A stretch of 42,510 nucleotides of DNA from Halocafeteria seosinensis (taxonomy: Eukaryota), in assembly GCA_001687465.1 (NCBI GenBank), contig LVLI01000006.1:186001-228510 (forward strand), read 5' to 3'. The position numbers and the translations under genes are program-made. This document shows positions 1 to 10,875 of the stretch, one piece after another. A model generated the notes under the pieces. That model was given only the letters and a program-made list of their open reading frames with translations. It ran no database searches and was not told the DNA's origin. How positions within the stretch are numbered: the stretch's first letter is position 1; every line of letters starts with the position of its first letter.

Positions 1-44
1 TACTGCCGATGCAACGCCTTGAAATGGAAGCAATTGCAACTTAC

Positions 45-713
45 TCGGTTCTTCTCACATAGCTGCAGGATTTCGTTCTGGAGCTCCTGGTTAATCCAAT
101 TTCCAAACAATGTAACACCGTTGATATTCGTATTCTGCTTTATTGCGTCCGCCAAGCTTCGGCCACCGTCATCGGTGATTCGAGTCAAATGCAAGCATAG
201 CATACTAATACCTGCATTCTCCTTTAAAGCCTCTGCTAGTTGATGTGCCCCATCATCCGTCATCTGGGTAGCATTAAGGCCTAGTGTATTCAGAGTGCTG
301 TTTTGCTTGAGAGCTTCCGCGAGTGACTTCACCCCCGCGTCTGTAATCAGTTCATTTCCTCCCAAGTCAAGATATGTCACAGTAGAATTCGTGCGTAATG
401 CATCCGCCAGATACCTTGCCCCCTCATCCCCAATGCGGTTATTAATAAGTTTGACGATCTTAATGGTGGAGTTCTGCTTTAAAGCTGCAGCCAGGTGCCG
501 TGCTCCTTCGTCGCCGATGAGGTTCAGAGACACCACCAGACTTTCGATGCTCGTATTTCCACTCAGAGCTTCCGCAATATTGCGAGCATCCTCGGGGCCT
601 AATTTTTGGTAGTCGAAATCCAGTGATGTGTCAGTATACGTGGCGTCGTTGTTCCGAATCCGCTCGATGGCGTGCTGAACTGAATCAACCGCAGAAGATT
701 CCTCCCCACTCAT
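45..713 (-). CDS. RI-like leucine-rich repeat protein (NLRC3-type ~28-aa LRRs), first exon; gene continues past the left edge
   Basis: ATG at 713 gives MSGEESSAVDSVQHAIERIRNND..., followed by repeats such as NLIGDEGARHLAAALKQNSTIK, NRIGDEGARYLADALRTNSTVTYLDLGGN and ITDAGVKSLAEALKQNSTLNTLGL. A GTAAGT donor lies at 44-39. It is absent from the ORF track because the frame has no stop inside the window. Confidence 0.85.
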
Positions 714-1072
714 GCGATTTTGCTTTTCGAAGTAGCCAGGAGACAAAGGAAAAAGGATATTCTGTTCATTCTTAACAGCGTAACTTCGAACCATTTAATA
801 ATGCTAGTATCCAGTCAAGGTTGGGTACTGTAAGGTTCACATAGCGCGAACCTTCCCCTATGACAAAGATATTTTTCTGTACCCAAGGAAAATTCTGTCT
901 AATTAGAGTTTGGAGAAATACACAGACTAATAAAGGGGTGCATCTTACACAGATGCGGCGAAGAATCATCATGCCAACGCATGTACGCGGTGATGTGGCC
1001 GCTGAGTGATGCCTATCTGATTTAACACTTCCGTTGCAAGGGAAGCCGGATGGAAAACGTGCAGCATTTGGA

Positions 1073-4000
1073 TTATACCATGGCTAACTCCTTGTCACCT
1101 GAGATCTCTACGTTGTTTGGTTCGGACGGGGGAAATGTGGAAGATACTTTGGGGTTGTCTTCAGTTGGACTGTCCCAATTCTGTGCTTTAGAACGATCTG
1201 GCTTGAACTTCATTGGTCCGACGAAAGATAAGAGTACCGGTAAGAACACAAGTCCATGTAACAGACCAAACATTGCAAGTCCAAAAAACATCTTGAAGAG
1301 TATACGAAACCCAGCACTTTGAGTAAACGCCAGCATCAACACAGCCAACATCGTGGAAAGACCACCGTTCATCACGCTTACACCCATGTTCTCCAGAGCC
1401 TCCATCGACCGCTTGATACGAGTTGAAGCATTGGAGATAACGAAAGCCTCAGCAATGTGACCAGAATAGTCGACACTAAACCCGATTGCCATCACCAGCA
1501 CTACCAAGCTGCACGACGTCTCATTTTTTCGAAATGACCACTCTGAGATTACCTACATGGTATTGTGATCAAACCTTACCTTGTAACGTTTATACGCATT
1601 CCCCACAAGAACATCATTCCAAGTAGGTCAATGTCGGTTAAAATTACACAAACAGTAACGCATATCGCGTTTTGAATGGGATGAAAGAGCGACACAACAA
1701 CGAAAACACACAGGGCTGCAATGAACAGATTTGTAATAGCTAGTTCGTCTATGACGATAAACCTTTCATACCACAAGTGGTTTTGCTCGAATCCGAAGGA
1801 AAGAAAACCTCTACCCCCTTTTCCATTTCTGCAGTCCCACTTCTCAAGCGCAAGAGAATCTGCGGCAACTTCCAGGTCGAAACTAACTAGTCTCATATCA
1901 TCCATTTCCTTGAGTCGAGCGTCCATATCCTCGGGCTGTCCATGAGAGGCAACAAAACGATGTGAGACTATAAACATAGAATTTGGGTCAGAACCATAGA
2001 CCTCATCCTGGTCAAGCTGGTATCCCTTTCGAGACTCCCACACAACGCTTTCTTGATACTCTGGGTTTTCTCTCAAAAAAGCATGCGCTCTTTGCAGGAA
2101 TGTATCACCTGTTGAAAGCAAATCCAAATTAAGACACATGCTTCCAAAATTAGTACCATTAAGGAAACGAGAGACTTCCCAACTTTCAAATTCCTCAAAC
2201 CAAAATGTAGTTGGAAGATGTATCCGCGGCAGACGACGGATACGTTCTGCTGCCACTCTCAGTGACATTCTACTTCGCTTAGACCCAATGTCAATCCATT
2301 TTTCCGTGCCCTGCGCCGTGAAGCGTAATGTACCGTTTTCAATACCATCGTACTGATCAAAGGGTGGCATCGTTACACTATCTGTCGGTTGAAGCCCTTT
2401 CACCGACGGCTTGCTCGGGAGTAAGTTCCCCGACTTACTTATGAGATCCATCCCGTACAGGAAATACCACTGGAATCGCACATTTGCAGCACCAAAGTGA
2501 TCATCTTGTTTGATCAAGAATTCTCGTGGGTAAGATCCGTCCCCTAAAAAGTCAATGTTTCGCAGACCTTTCTCAACACGGAGAGCCAGAGTAAGTGAAT
2601 AGGCTGCCCACCCGAGGAAAATGACTAAGACTGACCCCCGATACATAGGATACTCCAGCAATGGGGTGTAGAATCGGCGAACTAACTGTCTTAATGGTCT
2701 TTCGGACAATTCCTTATCCTGGACGCAAGAGGTCTTCGATGGATCAGGGGAATACGCTACTGGCGGCTTAGTGTCCGAACTTTGAGTCTTGTCCGCAGGA
2801 GGTTCGGCAGGTAGTTCTTCCTCAAGAGAGACCTGTTTACAGCAGCAGATATCATATCGTCCTTCCGCTTCTCTGCGATTGTCCAGTAGGAGTAATGGGG
2901 CAAATAGCGTCGCCTGTGTTATAAAAACCGCAACAATGCTTAAGCCCGCAGTAATCGAAAACTGGCGAATTGCCGGCAAGTCTATTGTCGACCCAATCAA
3001 AAACGCAACAAAGTCTGTAATTGACGTCAGAGTGACAGTAGGCCCCGCTTCTCTAAAGGCAGCCGCCAGCTGGAGCTCCTCACTCTTTGAGTGCTTGAAT
3101 CTATCGAAGCTATCGACTATGATGAAAATGTCATCTGAACGGAAAACGAGTCCCATTGTGACGCTAGTTAATCAACGAAACAATAAACCAGTACATACCG
3201 ATTCCGATTCCCATGACTATAAAAATTGCTAATTGGCTCATGACATTGAAAGGATTTCCAAAATATGCCCCCACTCCAAATCCGCAAACTAAAGATAGTC
3301 CAATGGTCCCTACAGCCATCAAACTCAGCCCGATCTTTGAATGCCTGAAGGGACGTCCTCCAAGTACCACAGATACGTAAAGCACCATCAGAACTACTGC
3401 CCCGGCTACGAGAGGACTGTCGCTTGAGATTTGTCTATCGCTTTCGTCACTAAAACTCCGAGAAGCAATAAAATCTGCATTTAAGTATTTAAGTGGCCTC
3501 TCTGCAATTGATTCCATTCCAGAGGGTGTGAGTCCCCCTGCTTCGGCTGCCTCACGGAAAGTTCCTCCGCGTCTTAGAACCAGCATGGCATTGATATATT
3601 TCAGTTCAAAGTTTTGCGTTTTGTCTACATCGCTATTGTCAAGTGGATACATCATTTGTAACGCCTCAGCAGCAGTGATATTTCCGGCTCTATCACGTTG
3701 TATGGAACCGAGAGTGCTACTGATGCTGACCGAGACTCCATCTTCGCGGGGCTGATTCAATTCGGCCACAGTGGCCTCTTCCGTAGACGGTAACTGGTTT
3801 GGATCATAGTCCCAGATCGAAGTAATAGACACTGACATACACTTGTTATCGTTCGCGAGAAGACACAATTCTTCATAACCAGGAAGACTCTGGATAAGGT
3901 TATGGATGTCAATAGTTTCGCGCAGCACTTCTGGGTTCAATATATTTCCTCCGTTTTGAGAAGTTCCCAAAAATATTAAATTCACAGGCTGTTGAAAACA

Positions 4001-4597
4001 CACAACTGGTCGTGAGGCAAAGTTGCGAGCTCAATCCAGTGAATGGTACTCACCTCTGCCGGGTAAGCAGATTCAATGTAGGTGTTTTGCCGGAAGGCTG
4101 GAGTGTTTCTAGGATACCAAGCGCGGTTCAAGTCAGTTATTTGTTCCATCTTCAGCATTCCAAAGGCACAGACTATGACAAACTGCAGTCATTCAAGAAG
4201 AAAAATAACCCTGATTCCAGAGTTCCGCAACAATGGTAGGCTGTTTTACTCACTAGCAGCGATCCTATAATATAATGCTTCGGTCGCTTCGCCACCTGCA
4301 GGCATTACTCAAGGTTAAGATTCGGCCATATCGCGGTGTTGAGTTCAGACCCCGGTATGCACGCACATTGTATCCCACCCATTCCCAGAAGTCTTCCACG
4401 ATTCCGTGTACCAGTACATGCGGTGGGCATGATTGTCTCGTTGCATTCCGTGAGGACCGAGATTCGGACGGCCGCTGCTCCACGGCAGTATCATCTCTCT
4501 CTGCTGGTGTTGCTCTTGTGTCATCCTTGGAAGTGGCACTGGCTGAAGTGGGATCCGCGTTCGAGGTCTCTGGGGAACATGCGGGGTTTTCGGCCAT
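1073..4597 (-). CDS. Patched/NPC1-family (RND, sterol-sensing domain) membrane protein, 6 exons, ~1060 aa
   Basis: Exons 4597-4367, 4295-4254, 4182-4054, 3988-3199, 3134-1580 and 1508-1073 are all GT-AG and frame-consistent. Splicing restores GIGIDDIFII (SSD GxxxDD). Also present: AGPTVTLTSITDFVAF, second-repeat AIGFSVDYSGHI, and GLLHGLVFLPVLLS. Confidence 0.9.
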
Positions 4598-5057
4598 CCT
4601 GTTTGAAAACCCCACCGCCGTTGTCGCCTCTGGGCTGCTACAGACCTTGAGAGAATGGCAGTACCAATCTCAGAACTGGTATCTATCTATTTACTCTACA
4701 GAGAAAGAGAGACGGCTATGGATAAGATTATGACGTACGACACAATTTCCGCCGCTTGAAGATGAACAGGCACTTCTGTTTTTGCAGCCACCACCACCAC
4801 CACCACGATACAGGTCCAATCCAGTAATTTCTGGCCTTTTACGAACACTTGATGTATACATACAAAACAGTCATGAGTCCCTGTATATCCACCCTTAGCA
4901 GGTTTACGGTACAATCTCAGCAATCTGACCTTCACAAACCGACCATCCCCCGTGAAAATGTCATAGAGTGCTGTTAAATGCATTGTTAGGAGGGACAGAA
5001 AGGTTATCCGGCCGGTCCAAAGTGGTGAATACGTGATTACTGCGTTTCGCTGCAGGA

Positions 5058-5807
5058 ATGAGCGTGCGGGAGGTGTGTATCCCCTCCTCTACGAAGCAGA
5101 GCTTGTCGTTGACTATTCACCAAGATAGGGATGCTGGGCATGGAGGACTCATTTGGGATGCCGAGCTATGTTTAGCGCATTACGTTTGGAATGAACTTCC
5201 ACGCACGAGCCATGGTGGGGAACGTGCCATTGAACTTGGAGCAGGAACTGGAATTGCGGGACTGACGCTGGCGTCCAAAGGGTATCAAGTGCTGCTGACG
5301 GATAAACCTGCACTCGTTCCACTGTTGGAACTTAATGCCGAGGCCAACCGGAGAATAATTGAGAATGACGCGGGACACGGTTCGGCGATATTGGCGTCCA
5401 CGTTTTTGTTTGGTGCCAGTCGGAAGCGCCTTCCCCGAGAATTCCAACCTGAAGCTTCAGATTTGGCATATGTTATTGCAAGCGACATACTTGGTTGTGG
5501 TGATGAAGGCATGTTTGATGACATTCTCAAAACATTTAAAGACCTTACTACTCGATCTAATGTGTTAAGTTCTAGCGAACGCTCCTGCTTGGATAAGACT
5601 GAGCACACAATGCGATCTTCCAGGAAAGTACTGATGAGTTACAAGTTTAGAGGAAATTTTGAGAATAAGTTTTTCGATAAAGCGGCTGAGACATTTCTAA
5701 TTCGCAATGTATCCATATACTCGAAGGACCGACGAGGCAGTTTAGCACTTCTTTCGAATGAAACGTGGGACGCAGATGTGCACGTGTTCGAACTAACACC
5801 ACGGTGA
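5058..5807 (+). CDS. METTL21/EEF1AKMT-like (Methyltransf_16) putative protein-lysine methyltransferase, intronless
   Basis: GGLIWDAELCLAHY, SAM-binding motif I AIELGAGTGIAGL, post-I LLTD, and motif II VIASDI. Confidence 0.8.
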   Translation: MSVREVCIPSSTKQSLSLTIHQDRDAGHGGLIWDAELCLAHYVWNELPRTSHGGERAIELGAGTGIAGLTLASKGYQVLLTDKPALVPLLELNAEANRRIIENDAGHGSAILASTFLFGASRKRLPREFQPEASDLAYVIASDILGCGDEGMFDDILKTFKDLTTRSNVLSSSERSCLDKTEHTMRSSRKVLMSYKFRGNFENKFFDKAAETFLIRNVSIYSKDRRGSLALLSNETWDADVHVFELTPR

Positions 5808-5929
5808 TGGCCAGTTTACTTGCTTAAAAGATGTATTATGGTGTCTAGTAGGCCAATTACTGTTGAAGAATTCTCCGCATTGTACAGGGTATAAAGAAAG
5901 GATCAGAAAGAGTAACTATTTTGCTGGTC

Positions 5930-8900
5930 TTAGCGTTCATATTCACATATGAAGGTGCGAATTTCCATCGGACGAAGAGTGAAGGAAAGGTTAGCACCCG
6001 ATGGCGGATTATTCGCAAAATGTACCAATAGACTCTCGGCGCTACCGCTTTCTCCGTCGACCTGCGCTTACCAAGCCCAAATGCTATCGAGCAGTCCAGA
6101 GGGGTTCGGTTCAGTAGTGACTTACCTTCCAATCCATCGGCTGGAATTCTGTTACAGGTTGGTTGGCTCGTAAATTGTACTCTTCGGCTGAAGTGATCTT
6201 GATGTTGTTGAAGAGATTCGCGAGTTCTATCGTTTGCGTATTAGAGTAGGGTGCAGGCTCGTCTTTTTCATAGAGGTGAGCAAGCCGGATCAACACTTTA
6301 GAGCCGTAGTTTTGGTTATCAACCGTCAACAAGTGCACATTCTTTGGTAGAGGCTGATTTAGAGTAGAGCCCTTCACCGTATACTGTTGCAGCCAAGTCT
6401 TCACATCGATACCGTTCATCGGAGCATACGCGATTAAGGGCTTGAATAAATTCTCTTGGAAGTTTTCTCTGAGGTTGACTATGGTTTCAGAAGTATTCCC
6501 GAAAGCAACGCGATGAAGTCCCCGAGTGATGAGCCCCTCACCGGTAAGTCCACTCTCGTTTAACGCTTGATCCAATCTGCGACCACAGATAGAAATCGCG
6601 GTACAAAAGCATATGAGATAAAGAGTTGAGTACAAAGTAAGACTTACCCTTTGAAGTCATCTCTCAAGAGTCTGCGGTGCACCATTAATTCCAGTTCACC
6701 ATCGTGGAGAGAAGAACCGCCTTCGGCCCTGTCATTTGCTATGGACAACATTCTTCCATCTCCAGAGTCGTTAGTATAAATGCCGCAATCCACAGGGTAA
6801 TAATTATCTGCCACCGGCTCGGTTACATCCAAATTCCAGGTTGGTCGGTAGTTTTTACGTCGCTTAAAGAAGTCTCGGCAGTTAGAATCCGTGTACCAGG
6901 TCTCTGCTGTTGACAGATCTGAACTGAAACGGGAAATGATTTCCTTACCCAACCCGTCCTGGAAACCATTAAAACAATTTAAGAACAGTTCTCCATTGTA
7001 CACCTAGTTTCGACACAAATGATCACTTACGGCAATCGGAATCGGACCGACAGTCCACTCAAACTCTGCACTGATGGATTTGGCTCCTACGCGGATCACT
7101 TGAGACACCCATTCCGTTAAAGTTTGTCGAACCTCTTGAATTAATGGCCCCTCAACTGTAGTTACGTCAACGTTGTCGGCTAGGGTATACGCGTACGTTT
7201 TATTGGGCCGAAAGACATATGCACCGGACGGTTGCGCCGCAGCGCCGCTTCCGTTGCCAGTTGATGCATTCCACCACATAAACTTCTGTTCCAAGGACAT
7301 GGAGACGCTGCTCATCCTATTTTTCGCTGACTTCAAAAGCCCGCTATTACCATCAAATTGTAACTCGATCAAATCATTACCGATCGTGAAATCGTCAGCA
7401 GAGACCCCTCGTAGTGGGGCATTAGAGAGATGGCGCACCCGCGACGCACTTGTGAATGGAGCGGCTTCTGAGGACGTAGCTTGAATGAAATAAGTATCAA
7501 AACCATATGCGGGAAGAGCTCTGCTATTGAATACGAGCCACTGAACCTCATCTTCCCCATATTTCATATTGATGTTCCGAAGCGATTTGTCCCGCTGAGA
7601 GAGCGGAAGGAGTTGGGCAACTACATCATTACCTTGAGAATCAATTACCTTCCATGATCCAGTTGGTTTTACAGAAACGACAGTGCGTACAAAGACACTT
7701 CTTTCTTGCCCCACTTGGTTGGTAATTACCATTGCAAAGTTGTCGTTTGATTCAGATACATCACAAATGGATACGTTAGTCAGAGGGCAATCTTTCCATC
7801 CTGGCACTTTAGCATTCGTAAGAGTGCGGATTGCCTCGCTCATCGGTTTCTGTGCAAGATCATGTCCCATTGCTGCCCGCTTGGCATAGTCAAACGCCAC
7901 GTGCTGTCGCTCTGTCCCAGTTACGGCGTCATGATGTTGCAGGGTACCCATTGTTTTCTCCAAGAATTCGATATCGGCATCGCGAATGTCTGCTGCCCAC
8001 AAAAGAGTCCTCATACTCTGGAGGAAGCTGGAGGTATCCCGGACGTATCCTTTGAGTGAGGGTCGGGAAGTAAAGTATCCCGCCCACACGGCAAACGTGT
8101 TGTCAGCATACGGGAAAAAGTCTGTGGCAAATGGGAAACCGACTCTCTCGTTGGTTCTGATAATTTCGAGATTGTACGAATAGCAAAACATAGATCCTTA
8201 CCATCGGTCTTCAGAGTCCAGGATCGATTTTGTTTGTTCTTTGCCTCAGTATAAATACTTGGAGTTGAATAAAAGGCATTCACTCGTCCATCTTGATTCA
8301 CATAATGGATGAGTTTGTCCAAATTCTTGTAGTACTCATCCGCTGCAAACAATACTAACATCAATGCAGAGGACTACCGGTTATACTGCACCGTGCTCTC
8401 AAGCGCTTACCTTGTTCGTAGTTGAAATCACACCCCATCGTGAACATGATGTCCCCCTCGTAGTGTTCTGCCTGCTGAAGCGCGTCTTCTACAAAGAGAT
8501 TAACGAGATAGTCTACATTTACACCAAAGATGCGGCTATCATCTTGTACTGGAGTTGCTGTGTTGCACGATTGATCAAAGCACAATCCAGGAGGGGGGCA
8601 GTAGTGATAGTACAATACTCCGGTGAACGCTTGGGCCCCTTTGCCAAGACTGGAAGAACCTCTCCAAATCAATTCCAGATCGCTTTTATTTTCTCGATTT
8701 TCCTTGTCCTGATAATCGATGCGGGCAAAGTACAGGCCATGGTATCCGCTTAACGCGGTCAACAGCGAGGCTTGCACCCCACTATGCCCGAAGGGATCAA
8801 TCTGTGATGAATCAGCGAAACATCAAAGAGTCTGCTGTATAGCAACACGCGAAAATTTGGCTTACCTGCCAAGCAGTTTTCGGCACCACTCCGAATTCGT

Positions 8901-9512
8901 TGAACAAGAACCTATTTCCCAAAGTTGTTTGGTCAATCATGTCAACGTAGCTCGGTGTAGCTTCATCATGCATACACCAGCCCCCATTGATGAATTCCAG
9001 TTGTCCTGAGGAGACAAGCTCGCGTACTTGGTCTCTCTTTGCTTCTTCTTGCTCAAGCCACCATCTCTCAAAGAAGGCATCCTGCGTAAACGACTTGCGT
9101 ACAATGAACGAATTCTGCCGCCTGGGGTGGAATTGAACACCTTACTTCCACATAGATGAACTTTCGGTCCGGGTTCGCTTGGAGCCACGTAGTGACAGAG
9201 TCCAGAATGTACTGTACACCGGCGTGGTAAATGGTGTTGTTGGCGCCCATATAGTACTCATCCACGGTCTTAAGCCAGCCTGAGGGGAGCCCGCCAAAAC
9301 TTCAACAACGTCATCATCGTTGATATACACACCATACACAAGCACATACCGACATCATCGTGGGTGTGAGGGACCATGTGCACATTCAGGACACCGTTAC
9401 GCCGCTTGGGCGTCGTGTCGTAATATTTGCCCTTATGCTTAATCCCAGCACCGTGTGCTGCACTCAGCATCCAGAGGCTGAAAAGGCAGATGCTCCATCC
9501 AAGAAGTTGCAT
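5930..9512 (-). CDS. GH38 lysosomal-type alpha-mannosidase, copy A, 9 exons, ~1009 aa
   Basis: Exons 9512-9350, 9279-9146, 9081-8866, 8801-8411, 8342-8202, 8121-7031, 6958-6648, 6576-6126 and 6061-5930. Signal peptide, Zn motif [12 protein letters not shown], nucleophile [40 protein letters not shown], and C-terminal LRPMEIRTF. Confidence 0.95.
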
Positions 9513-10108
9513 TCTTGGTTATTATGTTGAAAACGCGCGACGGAACACGGTGGTGTATTAGTGAGAAAAAGCAAAAGCAAGTGGTGGACGATCAAACCAA
9601 CACTATCGACATACTATAGACTATTTTGCAGAGTGGATACTCTCTTGTCCCGCATATATGACGTCACAGAGGCTGGAATCCAGATTCAGGACCCCCATTC
9701 TAAAACTGATCCAAAACGAGCAGCGAAATTTCTTCAGATGATGGTAATACACTGTATACGTAGATACAGGTTGTATCATCCGGCGGTATGATTGGTCGAT
9801 GATAACCCTGTTTCAACGGGAACCAGTTCGGCGATATTCTTTTCATTGTGGCTACTTTTTGTTGGATATTAGCGTTCTGTGGATGAGAGGAATTCTTCCA
9901 ATACCGGTATTCAAATTTTCAGGAGTTCTTACGGCTGTCTGAAGTTGGATACTCCGCGAATTGGGATACTCAAGGGTTGTACCTTTTTCGCTGCTGCGTT
10001 TGCGATGGAGTATGGGTGCAATTGTATATCCATAATCTTTTTATTACTAGTAGTATCGGTTCTAGGCTCTATTCGCTTTTTCTGTTCAAATTTGCTCCCT
10101 GTAACTTG

Positions 10109-10127
10109 AAAAAAAAAAAAAAAAAAA
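10109..10127 (+). repeat. poly(A)19 tract in the mannosidase intergenic spacer
   Basis: Run of 19 A read directly from the sequence. Confidence 0.9.
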
Positions 10128-10387
10128 TCCATCAGCTGTGCTTGGGAACGAAGGAAACAACGGTGCTAGAAGTAACCCTGTGCAACTTCGTCGGGGGCGG
10201 TAGGGAAGCTTGTAACCAATTATCATCCTCAATGTAATCGAAATCATGACAGCAATTGCGCGGCATAAGCGGCGCATATATATGGGAGTCAACAAGATGA
10301 CGACAACTCTTTGAATCTGAAAATGCCCAGTGGGGAACGACGGCAGATCAAGTTACGTGTCAGTAATTAACATCGACAGCGCAATAC

Positions 10388-10417
10388 ACGCTTCATTGCC
10401 AAACGCTTCATTGCCAA
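10388..10417. repeat. 15-bp perfect tandem duplication (ACGCTTCATTGCCAA)x2
   Basis: Read directly from the sequence. Confidence 0.85.
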
Positions 10418-10644
10418 GGGTGCAATTCCGTCTTTGAGTATGGATGACGCCACAGTCAAGCATTGTAGGAGCGTTTGAGAGTACGCGGAGCCACCAACCT
10501 AACTGGTGCAGTGCAGCCCAGTGCACGTCCTTGCGAGTCAATACAATATGTAGTGCAGAATTGGGATAGTGTTTGTTTTCCATCCAGTATACTCCTCCAA
10601 GCACACACTCTCAGCAACCTTATCGAAGGGATCCACCCAACGCA

Positions 10645-10824
10645 ATGAAGGTTGGGGGATGCTGCGTCATCCTGATCCTCGCGCCGATGTTGAAGGCCGC
10701 AGCGGGAGCAGGGATTACTTATGGCGATAAATACTACGACACGACGGCCAAGAGGCGCGATGACGTCCTGAATGTCCATCTAGTTCCTCACACACACGAT
10801 GATGTCGGTACGTGTACTCACTAG

Positions 10825-10875
<51 letters not shown>

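Noticed and set aside
19..612. Plus-strand ORFs 19-243 and 295-612
   Set aside because: They are antisense shadows of the minus-strand LRR gene.
4788..4806. Short (CAC)n run and ORF 4696-4983 with VVVVVV
   Set aside because: A short simple repeat in the divergent intergenic region; the ORF has no recognisable coding features.
9790..10127. Retroelement 3' end terminating in poly(A)
   Set aside because: No target-site duplication or RT/endonuclease similarity was visible.
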